A DNA stretch of 64,000 nucleotides from Eledone cirrhosa. Taxonomy: Eukaryota. The notes beneath the pieces are model-generated. The model ran no database searches, was not told the origin of the DNA, and saw only the letters and a program-made list of their open reading frames with translations. Positions 14,025 through 25,144 of the stretch are shown here, piece by piece (position 1 is the first letter of the stretch; every line of letters begins with the position of its first letter). Where the stretch lies: positions 77,872,001 to 77,936,000 of the forward strand of contig OZ024743.1 in the NCBI GenBank assembly GCA_964016885.1. Reading direction: 5' to 3'. A program made the translations under genes and the position numbers.

Positions 14025-14628
14025 GTTAAGGGTTGGCACAAATACCGAATTGAAGATAGCAAGTTTGACTTTTACATCTACTTCCCTTCTTCTGATTACT
14101 GAATGCTGAAGATGACACATTACTGCACCAGCTCCTGCAATTATGTACTTAATTCAGTCTTCTGCCTTCCATCATTCGTGAAAATGGCCCTGAGGTACTT
14201 GAACTTCTCTACCTGCTTCAGTGGAACTCCATTTACCTGTAGAGTGCACTGTGCAGGCTTCCTTGAGAGAACGAGTGTCTCAGTTTTCACAGCACTGATT
14301 TTCATTCCAGCCATGTAGCACTCGGCATCAAACCTATCAAGTGCAAGTAGGAGATCACCTTCTGTCGAGTTAAGTAACACCATGTCGTCTACAAATTCCA
14401 GCTGACTGATTTTACACCCGCAAGTCGTGATATCACTTCCAAACTGGCAGCGTATGTCAATCCTGTTCGTGTAAATAATGAACAGGAGATGTGACACTAT
14501 GCACCCTTGATGGAGGCCGACTCACACATTAAAGGGTTTTGATTTAGCACCATTCATTTGAACACAAATACTTGGACATCAGGGCAACAACAAGCTGACC
14601 ATCAATCCCATACTCCTGCAAAGCTTGT
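14025..14628 (-). mobile_element. RTE-type LINE reverse transcriptase fragment (second family)
   Basis: ORF 14141-14497 has LEFVDDMVLL, GMKISAVKTETLV and QVEKFKYL (RT motifs 5-7). Related pieces lie at 26420-26875, 29085-29310 and 31705-31900. Confidence 0.85.
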
Positions 14629-14630
14629 AG

Positions 14631-15018
14631 AACTAGTCAAGGGTGTTAAATACCCAGACACACATTATAGGGCTAGTCAAGGGTGTTAAATACCCAGACA
14701 CATTGTAGGGCTAGTCAAGGGTGTTAAATATCCAGACACACATTGTAGGGCTAGTCAAGGGTGTTAAATACCCAGACACACATTATAGGGCTAGTCAAGG
14801 GTGTTAAATATCCAGACACACATTGTAGGGCTAGTCAAGGGTGTTAGTTACCTAGGTACACATTGTAGAGTAAGCCTAAGGTGTTAAATACACAGACACA
14901 CATTGTAGAGTTAGCATAGGGTGGTAAACACCTAGGTGCACATTGTAGAGCTAGCCTGCAATGCTAACTACCCAGACGCACATTGTAGAGTTAGCATAGG
15001 GTGGTAAATAGCCAGGTG
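14631..15018. repeat. 40-bp minisatellite, ~9-10 copies, degenerating to the right
   Basis: Unit CTAGTCAAGGGTGTTAAATACCCAGACACACATTGTAGGG. Confidence 0.93.
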
Positions 15019-15390
15019 TCAACTCTGATCTTACAACATCTATAGATGTGAAGGTGTGAAAGACAACTAGTTTCCAATATTTCAGTTGATTTTAATGTCT
15101 ATCTTGCTGCTGTGCATGGCTGTATGGTGAAAGAGTTTGTATTGAAACCACATAGTTCTGAGTTTAGTGTCACTACATAGCACCTTACACGCGTGTCTAC
15201 TTCTAATGCCTTGTGAGTGAAATTTGGTTGAAGGAAACTGTACCGAAGCCAGCCATATAGATAAACACAATTTAGCATGATAAAATCGACAATGACACAT
15301 TTCTTCTAGCAAAGTCTGTGGCAGCCTAAAATAACAAATTGGGTGTTTAACAATTCAGCGACATTTCGACATGAGTCTAAATGTGAGAAC

Positions 15391-15481
15391 ACATAGCTGA
15401 GGAGCTTTCAACCCAGAGTCAGGAATGAACATTATTCGATTGTTCCTCGAGCTGATCAGCAGTGAAACATATGTAATATGT
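15391..15481 (+). ncRNA. Type I hammerhead ribozyme motif, long stem II, slightly decayed
   Basis: ACATAG-CTGAGGA-GCT...AGT-GAAA-CATATG-TA-ATATGT. Palindromic stem III ACATATGT; stem I ACATA/TATGT with one mismatch. Confidence 0.72.
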
Positions 15482-15547
15482 AATTAAATTTGTATATGAT
15501 GCAATACTGATTCTTTGTTCTCATTTCTTCTTCTTATATATATATAT

Positions 15548-15893
15548 ATCATCATCCTCCTCCTCATCATCATCATTTTACGTCCGCTTTTCCCAGCTTG
15601 CAAGGGTGGGATGGGAACTGATTCTGCCTTTATTTCTACAGCTGGATGCCCTTCCTAACACCAACCTCATTTACAGTGAGTTCTGGGTGCTTTTTTGCCG
15701 TGGCACCTCCACGACCACTTTGCAGTTGAATGATATGGACCCCAGTCCCTATAATCTCATTTCTCCAGCTGAGTAAACTGGAGCAATGTGAAATAAAGTG
15801 TCTTGCTCAAGGAAACAACACATCACCCGGTCTAAGAATTGAACTCACAACCTTTCGATTGCAAGGCCAATGCTCTAACCACTAAGCCTCCAT
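15548..15893 (-). mobile_element. tRNA-derived SINE with RTE-derived 3' tail
   Basis: Minus strand: head GGCTTAGTGGTTAGAGC...GAGTTCAATTC (pol III A/B boxes), one 48-bp unit, GGAAGGGCATCCAGCTGTAGAAA and a (GAT)n tail. A second copy lies at 28578-28900. Confidence 0.85.
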
Positions 15894-15955
15894 ATATATA
15901 TATAAGTGGTGTGGGATGCTTAAACCGCCCGTAAGCGGTATGCTTTGTAGAATCG

Positions 15956-16052
15956 AGACATATCTGAGGATCTTACGATTTCAGAGTCAGGTTTGATCAT
16001 TGGATCGATCGGGCCTCAAGCTGGTCGCCAGAGAAACGATTGTAATATGTCT
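15956..16052 (+). ncRNA. Type I hammerhead ribozyme with extended stem II
   Basis: AGACATAT-CTGAGGA-TCT...AGA-GAAA-CGATTG-TA-ATATGTCT. 8-bp stem I, intact core, quasi-palindromic stem III, GUA cleavage triplet. Confidence 0.85.
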
Positions 16053-16094
16053 AATAAATCTTATTCGTCGCACCACTGATTCTCCGTTTCTTAT

Positions 16095-16205
<111 letters not shown>

Positions 16206-16264
16206 CTGGCAGTAAGCGATATATTTAGAAACTGTGAGACTTTACGTCCTATAGAATGGAAATA

Positions 16265-16343
16265 GCTATCTGAAGAGCTGATCTTTCCGTTGGAAATTCT
16301 CTGGATTTCCAATCTTTTGTGAAGCGAAACCGCCGGTAATAGC
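16265..16343 (+). ncRNA. Type I hammerhead ribozyme with extended stem II
   Basis: GCTAT-CTGAAGA-GCT..TTGGAAAT/ATTTCCAA..AGC-GAAA-CC-GCC-GG-TA-ATAGC. All three stems pair and the core is intact. Confidence 0.87.
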
Positions 16344-16434
16344 ATTTTGGACAGGTGAATATTTAAATCGTATTTTAATTTATTTAAAAGATTGTTTAAT
16401 GTTTGCTTGTTCCGCTCATCTCAATTATATATAA

Positions 16435-16491
<57 letters not shown>

Positions 16492-16990
16492 ATTGAGGTT
16501 GGTAATAGCACATGGAATATATAAGAGACAGAATACTTTTTTGTGAAAAAACATAATTTTATAAGGTAAGGAAATAATAAAGGGTATAAAAAATGACCGG
16601 TTTCGATGGGTCTGCAAAAGCCATCTTTTCAAATGTTGATTAATATTAAGAAAAATTAATAATACGAAGAGTTAAAATTTGAGACTTGAAAATTCAAGTA
16701 TAAAATTCATTGTGGGATTTCATAGCAGTTTTCATCTAGGTAGCAACAACAGGTTGACTGCTGTGTCCCTTTCTGGTAGTGAATGAGAAGTTATTTGGGG
16801 TGTGGGTTATTTTATAAAGGTCAGATTTAGCAATCGCCAGCTGCTGGTCAGTGAGGGGGTGGAAGCAATATACACACACATATCTTCCTGTGATGGGTAG
16901 GAGAGTGTATATATATATATACACACACACACACACCCCCACACATACATACACACACACATATATATATACATACACACATACAAACAT

Positions 16991-18541
16991 CCAATTATAG
17001 CAGGCCCTACATGTGAAACCCACAGACTTAGCAACTTTCTGGACATCCTACTGAAACCCTTTCTACAACATATACAGAGCTACATACGAGATGACCTTGA
17101 CATGCTGAAACACCTCCCTAAAACAGTAAGTGCAAATACAATTCTTGTCTCCTTTGACGTAATAAACCTCTACACAAACATACCTCACAACTATGGAATA
17201 ACAGCAGTCCAATACTGGCTTAACACACACCCATCAGAAATACCGACACGCATCAACACAGATTTTATCACTGACGGACTCCGCTTTATCCTACAAAATA
17301 ACTACTTCACATTCAATGGTTCAACATACAGACAAGTATCAGGTACGGCAATGGGCACGAAAGTAGCACCCACATATGCCAACCTAGTCATGGGATTCCA
17401 TGAAGAACAAATATACAGTCAGTCCCTTCTCTTATTTGGAGACTCTTTCCACACACACCTCAAAGCCAATTGGAAAAGATATCTAGACGACTGCTTTATC
17501 CTATGGCAAGAAGACATGAACTCACTTACTACGTTTAAAAACATGATAAACAACATAGATAATAACATACAATTCACAATGGAATCCAATCCTAAGGAAT
17601 TAGCCTTCTTGGATATTCTCATCTCTGTAATAGACGGGAAATTAGATACAGATATATTCTATAAACCCACAGATTCCAAGCAATACCTCTTTTTCACATC
17701 AAGTCACCCAAAACATACAAAACTTAACATTCCTTACAATTTGGCCAAACGTATATGTACCATAGTATCAGATCCACCTAAACGGGAGCAAAGACTAAAG
17801 GAACTAAAAGACACCCTTATCTTAAGAGCCTTTCCACTTGAAATAATCAACAATGGAATAGACAGGGCAAAACACCTAAATCCCCATCAACTTAACAATC
17901 CAAAACAGAAAACCACACTCAACACCCTGCCATATGTATCCACTTTCAACCCCAGAAATACCGAAATGTTTGATCACCTACACAAAAACCTCCCCATCCT
18001 ACTTAAAGATGTAAAAATGAAGTCTATTCTTGAAACACACAAGATCCTTAAAAGTAAAAGACAACCCAAATCACTTAAACGCATTCTCACTGGACCAAAT
18101 ATACCCAAACCAATCCTCAACCCTACAGTTACCAAATGTGGTAGAACAAACTGTGGAACGTGCCTCTACCTCACTGAAGGACAAACATTTACATTCAAAG
18201 ATGGCCAAACATTTACAGTAAAAAACAATTTCACCTGCAACTCGGAGAACTTGATTTACGCAATAACTTGCGGTGGGTGCAAACACAACTACATAGGACA
18301 GACGGGCACCTCATTACGCAAAAGAATGACCATCCACCGCCAACAAATCCGGGACGCTAACACAAGAAAAATCCCCTTGAGCAGCCATATTGCGAACTGC
18401 GCAGGAATGACACTACCCAACTTTAAAATCTTCCCCTTCTACAAGTGCTCAGATTCGTTCACACAACAACAAAGAATAAACAAAGAAAATCTATTCCTTA
18501 ACAAATTTAAACCAAAACTAAACGGGTTATCACCCCAATAG
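16991..18541 (+). CDS. PLE reverse transcriptase + GIY-YIG endonuclease, uninterrupted but N-terminally truncated (open from 16991; first ATG at 17102)
   Basis: PIIAGPTCETHRLSNFLD, SFDVINLYTNIP, GTAMGTKVAPTYANL, WKRYLDD, FLDI, FYKPTDSKQYL, zinc knuckle CGRTNCGTC, and LIYAITCGGCKHNYIGQTGTSLRKRMTIH. Confidence 0.93.
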   Translation, partial: PIIAGPTCETHRLSNFLDILLKPFLQHIQSYIRDDLDMLKHLPKTVSANTILVSFDVINLYTNIPHNYGITAVQYWLNTHPSEIPTRINTDFITDGLRFILQNNYFTFNGSTYRQVSGTAMGTKVAPTYANLVMGFHEEQIYSQSLLLFGDSFHTHLKANWKRYLDDCFILWQEDMNSLTTFKNMINNIDNNIQFTMESNPKELAFLDILISVIDGKLDTDIFYKPTDSKQYLFFTSSHPKHTKLNIPYNLAKRICTIVSDPPKREQRLKELKDTLILRAFPLEIINNGIDRAKHLNPHQLNNPKQKTTLNTLPYVSTFNPRNTEMFDHLHKNLPILLKDVKMKSILETHKILKSKRQPKSLKRILTGPNIPKPILNPTVTKCGRTNCGTCLYLTEGQTFTFKDGQTFTVKNNFTCNSENLIYAITCGGCKHNYIGQTGTSLRKRMTIHRQQIRDANTRKIPLSSHIANCAGMTLPNFKIFPFYKCSDSFTQQQRINKENLFLNKFKPKLNGLSPQ

Positions 18542-18942
18542 AATTGTCATAAAATATAAACACACATACGCACGGAATCACTACTATTAAAGACCAGAGA
18601 CCAATTCTGTAGAATCAGGTTTATTCATTGACAGACCATGCCTTTGTGTGACCAACACATCCATGTTAAACCCTGCACGTGCACACACATATATCTATAT
18701 ATATATGCGCACACAGAATTCACCACTGTCGGTTGCGGGGCCCAATCTACATGAAGAACTCAATGTGATCAGAATGACTTGTATTTTAATTTCACTGCCC
18801 CAACTTCTTATATTATGGAAAAAATATATGTCTGTATGTATATATATATATATATATTTGAGGGCCATTTCTCTGTGTGTGGGTGTATGTATGTGTGTGT
18901 GTGTGTGTGTGAGTATGTGTGTGCATGTGGATGTATGTATTG

Positions 18943-18981
<39 letters not shown>

Positions 18982-19452
18982 GGGTATCTGGATGTATGCG
19001 TATGTGTATATATATATATATATGCGTGTGTGTGTGTGTGTGTATATATATATGTGTGTGTATATATATGTGTGTGTGTGTGTGTGTGTGGATGTTTGTA
19101 TGTGTGTATGTATATATATATATGTGTGTGTGTGTATGTATGTGTGGGGGTGTGTGTGTGTGTGTATATATATATATACACTCTCCTACCCATCACAGGA
19201 AGATATGTGTGTGTATATTGCTTCCACCCCCTCACTGACCAGCAGCTGGCGATTGCTAAATCTGACCTTTATAAAATAACCCACACCCCAAATAACTTCT
19301 CATTCACTACCAGAAAGGGACACAGCAGTCAACCTGTTGTTGCTACCTAGATGAAAACTGCTATGAAATCCCACAATGAATTTTATACTTGAATTTTCAA
19401 GTCTCAAATTTTAACTCTTCGTATTATTAATTTTTCTTAATATTAATCAACA

Positions 19453-19492
19453 TTTGAAAAGATGGCTTTTGCAGACCCATCGAAACCGGTCA
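19453..19492 (+). ncRNA. Degenerate minimal hammerhead in the PLE terminal repeat (inverted copy at ~16594-16634)
   Basis: TTGAAAA-GATGG..CCATC-GAAA-CCGG-TC. Stem II and the palindromic stem III are good, but the CUGANGA core deviates. Confidence 0.55.
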
Positions 19493-19632
19493 TTTTTTAT
19501 ACCCTTTATTATTTCCTTACCTTATAAAATTATGTTTTTTCACAAAAAAGTATTCTGTCTCTTATATATTCCATGTGCCATTACCAACCTCAATTTTCTC
19601 TATAACCTTCGTTTTGTGTAGAAAATTACACT

Positions 19633-19715
<83 letters not shown>

Positions 19716-20365
19716 CAAAGATCGGAATTAAAGTATTCCGCAGTTCACAGTAATAATAATATTAGCTCGAAGAAGAACAGAGAATATATATTACACAGAG
19801 AGAAGTGTGTTACACAGTGAGAGGTGTGTAAACAATTATTACATGAAAATTCTCTGTTCTTCTTCGAGCTAATATTATTATTACTGTGAACTGCGGAATA
19901 CTTTAATTCCGATCTTTGTATATTTAACGAGCTCCAGATTGTTGAGCTAAGAAATTCGAATGGTTGGGCTGCTCTCTCTAGCATTTTCCCCCAATTCATG
20001 AGAGCCGTTATTTGATGCAAATAACACGTGATTTCGCCCTACTCTGGGCAGCGTGTTTATTAGCTTTCTCTCTCTCCATTAGGCTAGATGTGTCGTGAAC
20101 AGCACCCATACTTGCTGACTGAGGATCCTATGTTAAGCTGCACATTTCTGTGGTGAAACGAACTAAATTTGTATCAGCAAGCTTATAGTTATAAGGTTAG
20201 TAATTTAAAACTCTACTTCAGATATTTGATTCTGACTTAGTTTTTTTCTATTTAATTGCTAATCTGTAGGTATTGTTCTCCATACAGTAACGGTTAAACT
20301 CACATGTCATAATTTTTTACACACCTCTCACTGTGTTACACACTTCTCTCTGTGTAATATATTTG
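19716..20365 (+). mobile_element. Non-coding PLE-like terminal-repeat element with two inverted duplications and a hammerhead
   Basis: 19716-19785 is inverted at 19849-19918, and 19788-19838 is inverted at 20309-20361. TA flanks. Confidence 0.7.
20111..20181 (+). ncRNA. Type I hammerhead ribozyme with full-length stem III
   Basis: CTTGCTGA-CTGAGGA-TCC...GGT-GAAA-CGAA-CTAAA-TTTG-TA-TCAGCAAG. 8-bp stem I, 5-bp stem III, weak stem II. Confidence 0.8.
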
Positions 20366-20384
20366 TATACATATATATATATTA

Positions 20385-20672
20385 AGGCGCATGACTTAGT
20401 GGTTAGAGCATCGGGCTTGCAACTGAGAGGTTGTGAGTTCGATTCTCAGACCGGGTGATGCGTTGTGTCCTTGAACAAGACGCTTTATTTCACATTGCTC
20501 CAGTTTGCTCAGCTGTAGAAATGAGTTGTGACATCACTGGTGTCAAGCTGTATCAGCCATTGCCTTTCCCTTGGACAACATCAGTGGCATGGAGATGGGA
20601 GACTGTTAAGCATGGGCGACTGCTGGTCTTCCACATAATAAACAAACTGCCCAGGCTTGTGCCTCGGAGGGC
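20385..20672 (+). mobile_element. tRNA-derived SINE (related copies at ~15115-15255 +, 25640-25785 -, 29385-29667 -)
   Basis: GGCGCATGACTTAGTGGTTAGAGC...GAGTTCGATTC A/B boxes, then TTGTGTCCTTGAACAAGACGCTTTATTTCACATTGCTCCAG. Confidence 0.85.
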
Positions 20673-21242
20673 TTACTGTACAGTTTCACTTTGCAAAACA
20701 TTAGATATCACATGGATATTAATGGAAAAACAAAGATCATCAGGGAAGCATTTTCCTTTCCTAGGGTTAAAAACCTCAGGAACGATAAAATATATGACCT
20801 CGTCCCCAGCTAACATGGGTCTGAAAGGTAGTAAAAGTGACCCGTATATACGCCGGTGTGGAGTGAAGGCGGGAAATCACAGACTAGTTGTCTATAGTCG
20901 CCACTAAAAAATAGCAGCTAGATATAACGACAGATTTGTTCTCTACATAACGGAGAATAATGAATAAAGTTAATATTTCTGAGGGTACAAGGTACCCCCA
21001 GAAATACATAGGTTGTCTATGATTCAAGGTGGTTCTATGGTAATCATTCACTCCACACCGGCGTATATACGGGTCACTTTTACGACCTTTCAGACCCATG
21101 TTAGCTGGGAACGAGGTCATATATTTTATCGTTCCTGAGGTTTTTAACCCTAGGAAAGGAAAATGCTTCTCTGATGATCTTTGTTTTTCCATTAATATCC
21201 ATGTGATATCTAATGTTTTGCAAAGTGAAACTGTACAGTAAG
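20672..21242. repeat. ~195-bp inverted repeat with ~180-bp spacer
   Basis: 20672-20866 is the reverse complement of 21047-21242 with a few mismatches. This gives the mirror-image ORFs 20455+ and 20884-. Confidence 0.9.
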
Positions 21243-21359
21243 GGCCATTTGAATAGGTAAATATTTATATTATATTTTTTAATTTTGATTAATTTTAATT
21301 TTAAATTAATTTTGATTTATTTTGAAAAATTGGTTGAATTTTACTTGTTCTGCTTATCT

Positions 21360-21443
<84 letters not shown>

Positions 21444-21480
21444 AGACAAATCGAAGTTAGTGTTGCAGCATAGTACAAAC

Positions 21481-21568
21481 CTTATTACAATTGCTTCAAT
21501 ATCAATCAGCTCAGAGAATAATCAAAATGAAGGGGCCTGACACCTTTTTCGATATCTTGTTAGATATG
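21481..21568 (-). ncRNA. Decayed hammerhead related to the 15391/15956 family
   Basis: Minus strand CATAT-CTAACAA-GATATC..GTCAGG..GAGCTG..GATATT-GAAG-CAATTG-TA-ATAAG. The core is mutated by G>A changes; the architecture is retained. Confidence 0.5.
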
Positions 21569-21593
21569 CAAAGACACATCTAAAGTCAATAAT

Positions 21594-21780
21594 TGTTACT
21601 ACTTTTGGCACAAGGCCAGCAATTATCCCAGTGTATTACTGGTACTTTATTTTATCGACCCCGTAAGGATGAAGGGAAAAGTTAACCTCGGCGGGATTTG
21701 AACTCAAACCATAAAGGGCCGTAACTCTATGCTGCAAAGCATGGCGTCCGACCCTCTACCGATACTGCCAATCCACCGCC
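21594..21780 (-). mobile_element. tRNA-derived SINE, full length, 14-bp target-site duplication
   Basis: TSD CTAAAGTCAATAAT at 21580-21593 and 21781-21794. Head GGCGGTGGATTGGCAGTATCGGTAGAG...GAGTTCAAATCC; body CCGAGGTTAACTTTTCCCTTCATCCTTACGGGGTCGATAAA. Confidence 0.92.
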
Positions 21781-22004
21781 CTAAAGTCAATAATGTTTGT
21801 ACATATGCTGTAATACAGACTTTGATTCCTCAATCTATTTCCACTCTGCACATTACAGCCGCCTTTACCCTGGAATACAATCCAAACGAGATGAACCTCA
21901 TAACAGCATTGAGTGCTTTGATGGGTGTGCTACCTGTAACAGTAGTTACACATCTAACATATATATATATAAATATATATATGATAGGTAAGTATGTTTT
22001 GAAA

Positions 22005-22420
22005 CAGATAGCAAGTTTGAAATTAAAAATAGAAGCTTTCGCCATATTCTTTTTACTAAAGGAATTTTAGCCTGATAGTGGGGTTTAGAACCCTCTAAGA
22101 AATGGAAAAAGATGAGTAATGACGTACATGGGAGTTAAACCCCTATCCTTGGTTATCCAAACCACTGTGCTACCATTACACCAATACATCATCCATCTTC
22201 TTCCATTCAAATTAGAAGCTACATTCTTAGCAAGTATAATGACATGTTTAGAAACAGCGAGCAAGTTTAAAATTAGAAATAGAAGCTTTCGCCATATTTT
22301 TGACTACAGAAATTTTAGCCTGATAGTGGGGTTGTTATTACTCATCTTTTTCTATTTCTTTGAAGGTTCTAAACCCCACTATCAGGCTAAAATTTCTATA
22401 GTAAAAAATATGGTGAAAGC

Positions 22421-22423
<3 letters not shown>
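22005..22423. repeat. Direct plus inverted duplication cluster, PLE terminal-repeat-like
   Basis: 22020-22085 is repeated at 22270-22333, and 22032-22119 is inverted at 22337-22423. TA flanks. Confidence 0.75.
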
Positions 22424-22510
<87 letters not shown>

Positions 22511-22513
<3 letters not shown>

Positions 22514-23497
22514 TAAAACATGTCTATAGAATCACAAGATAAAATATATACTATTTCCTCTCCCAATTAGCATAATTAACTATATAAAAAATCGAATAGA
22601 CCAGGCTATACGAATGAGGCTTCTATGAAGGAATCTCCGACAAATAACCAAAACTAGCGCTTCGCGTCGGCCGTAGCGGAGTATTTATCGAATATTTCGA
22701 CAGCGTAATCGCCTAGATACAGTCAACTAAGCAGAATTAGGTTTAAAATAAACTAGGAGAAAATAGAATACATTTAAATACCTCTACCATGGTTTCGTCC
22801 GTGTTTTGAGTTTTCCAATAATTATGTAATAATTATATAAACTCGAGCGCCGGATTCTTCAGGAAGCTCGCTCATATCTAGACATTAAATTTTCCAAAAT
22901 GATCGCGCCAAGAATTCATTTCAAAATGGCTAAAAATCGTGACGTAGTCGCGGTCAAGTTGGAAGGGGTGTGGTAGTTGCTTACGACTGGTGGCATTTTT
23001 GCTAGAAAGCACAGCACAATACAGCCAAATTTGTATCTCAACCTAGTGGGAGATTATTACATAGAAAAGTTTACATATATATATACATACACATACATAT
23101 ACGTGTTTTGCAACGGTCACTTTGTGGCTCAATGAAAAATTAATAAATTAAACAATCAGAGCTATATATCATAAAACATGTCTATAGAATCACAAGATAA
23201 AATATATACTATTTCCTCTCCCAATTAGCATAATTAACTATATAAAAAATCGAATAGACCAGGCTATACGAATGAGGCTTCTATGAAGGAATCTCCGACA
23301 AATAACCAAAACTAGCGCTTCGCGTCGGCCGTAGCGGAGTATTTATCGAATATTTCGACAGCGTAATCGCCTAGATACAGTCAACTAAGCAGAATTAGGT
23401 TTAAAATAAACTAGGAGAAAATAGAATACATTTAAATACCTCTACCATGGTTTCGTCCGTGTTTTGAGTTTTCCAATAATTATGTAATAATTATATA
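22511..23497 (-). mobile_element. Non-coding 658-bp-period partial tandem (1.5 copies) carrying a hammerhead; retrozyme-like or PLE pLTR-like
   Basis: 22511-22838 is repeated essentially identically at 23169-23496. No ORF of 60 aa or more. (TA)n on both sides. Confidence 0.82.
22781..22866 (-). ncRNA. Type I hammerhead ribozyme with long stem II (3' half repeated at 23439-23497)
   Basis: Minus strand CTTC-CTGAAGA-ATCCG..GAGTTT..AAACTC..CGGAC-GAAA-CCATGG-TA-GAGG. Palindromic stem III ACCATGGT. Confidence 0.78.
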
Positions 23498-23511
23498 TAT
23501 ATGTAATAATT

Positions 23512-23556
<45 letters not shown>

Positions 23557-23558
<2 letters not shown>

Positions 23559-24334
23559 CCCAGATACTTTCAGTGTGCAGAAAAAGGAGTAGGTAGAAAT
23601 TCCATTCTATGTCCCAATTGCAAGCCATGGGTACATAAAAGATGTAGTGGGATCTGAGGCAGGCTAACAAAGAACGTAAGTTTTATATGTAACCAATGTC
23701 CAGGTGCAGTAAGTAGCAAGATCCCACATAATACTACCTCCTTCAAATGCCCTTAGGGTTCTGTAGAAATAGTTGACATTTTCTGTTACCTGGGTAACAA
23801 AATCAGCAGTAGAGGAGGGTGTTCCAAAAGCACAGTAGCCAGAGTGAGAATGGGATGGAGAAAGTTCAGAGAGCTACTGCCACTGCAAGCTACAAAAGGT
23901 TTTTCCCTCAAAATGAAAGGCAGATTGTATGATGCATGTATATGAACAGCAATGTTACGTGGTAGTGAGATCTGGATACTACGTGAAGAGGACCTGCAAA
24001 GATTGGAAAGAAATGAAGCCTGCATGCTTCAATGGATGTGTAATAGTACATGAATGGCAAAGCATAAGTGAACATAGAGAGAAATTAGGAATTAAGAGGG
24101 ATCAGATGCAGTGTATTAAACAGGAGATAACGTTGGTATGGACATGTGATACATATGAAAAAAATCACCCAGTACATACTGTAAAGTGGTTGGTGTTAGG
24201 AAGGGCATCCAGCTGTAGAAACTAGGCCAGAAACAGTTCTGTATGAGCAAGACATGGTCACCTGACTTGCCTCAAATAGGGCAACCCATCTAACCCGCTA
24301 GCTTAGAAAATGGACATTAAATAATGATGATGAT
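23557..24334 (+). mobile_element. RTE LINE 3' fragment, decayed, (GAT)n tail
   Basis: Homologous to 44330-45434 (GVGRNSILC..CKPWVHKRCSG; ARVRMGWRKFRELLP; KGRLYDAC), with stops and deletions. Confidence 0.88.
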
Positions 24335-24544
24335 GTAGATTATATATTATCTGTGTGTATGTTTGTGTATAAATATATATACATACATACACACACACAC
24401 ATATAATGGTAACGTACTTATCCGGCAAACAAAATATGTGAGTTTGATTCGTAATATATACTGATACATTCAGTGGGTTTATACACCCTGTCATTGAGAC
24501 TGTTATTTAGCGAAATTTCACGGTGAAGCATTATATATATATAA

Positions 24545-25016
24545 TCATCATCATCATTTTACGTCTGCTTTTCCTTGCTTGCAAGGGTGGGACGGGTCCT
24601 ATTCAGCACAGGATCTCTCCACTTGTCACGGACCTTCGTCATCTCCTCCGTGAGTTTCAGCGATCTGAGGTCTGCTCTCACCACCTCTGCCCGTGTTTTT
24701 CATGGTCTTCCTCTACTGCGTCTTCCTTCCACTGGGATTTCTTAGCACTTCTTTACTCAGCAGTCATCCTCCATGCACATCACATGTCCATACTATCTCG
24801 GTCTTCTCTCCTACACTCTACAGTTTATCCCTCTTATACACAGTTTCTCTGTCAACTCATCTATGCTTGGTCGGTCACACACATTGACATTGCACATCCA
24901 ATGGAGCATTCTTGCTTCATTTCTCTCCAGCCATCGCATATCCTCTGCAGTTGCTGCCCATGTCTCACTACCATGCAGCATCGTGCATCTCACACAGGCA
25001 TCATACAACCGGCGTA
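24545..25016 (-). mobile_element. RTE LINE 3' end
   Basis: RRLYDACVRCTMLHGSETWA...LERNEARMLHWMC, with a (GAT)n tail at 24545. Confidence 0.88.
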
Positions 25017-25144
25017 TTCTTATTCTTGTTGTATGACATATACACAATAGAGAAGCAGGTTGAGACTGGTGAGCCAGACTAAGGTATCATTTGTAGTTTT
25101 ATGAGATTGCTTCCAGGTTGCCAGGAAAACATCTGAGGAGGGCA

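Larger units (their letters stand above)
16487..19599 (+). mobile_element. Penelope-like retroelement, 5'-truncated, with an inverted copy of its 3' terminal repeat at the 5' end
   Basis: 16487-16993 is the near-perfect reverse complement of 19089-19599 and encloses an RT + GIY-YIG ORF. The flanks are TA/GA microsatellites. Confidence 0.93.

Noticed and set aside
18648-19350. Cys/Val/Tyr-rich ORFs (also 28124-28653, 35470-35753, 36014-37029, 52744-53299, 54538-54783)
   Set aside because: These are translations of microsatellite or low-complexity DNA.
20385-20460. tRNA genes
   Set aside because: The A/B boxes belong to SINE heads. There is no complete cloverleaf and they continue into SINE bodies.
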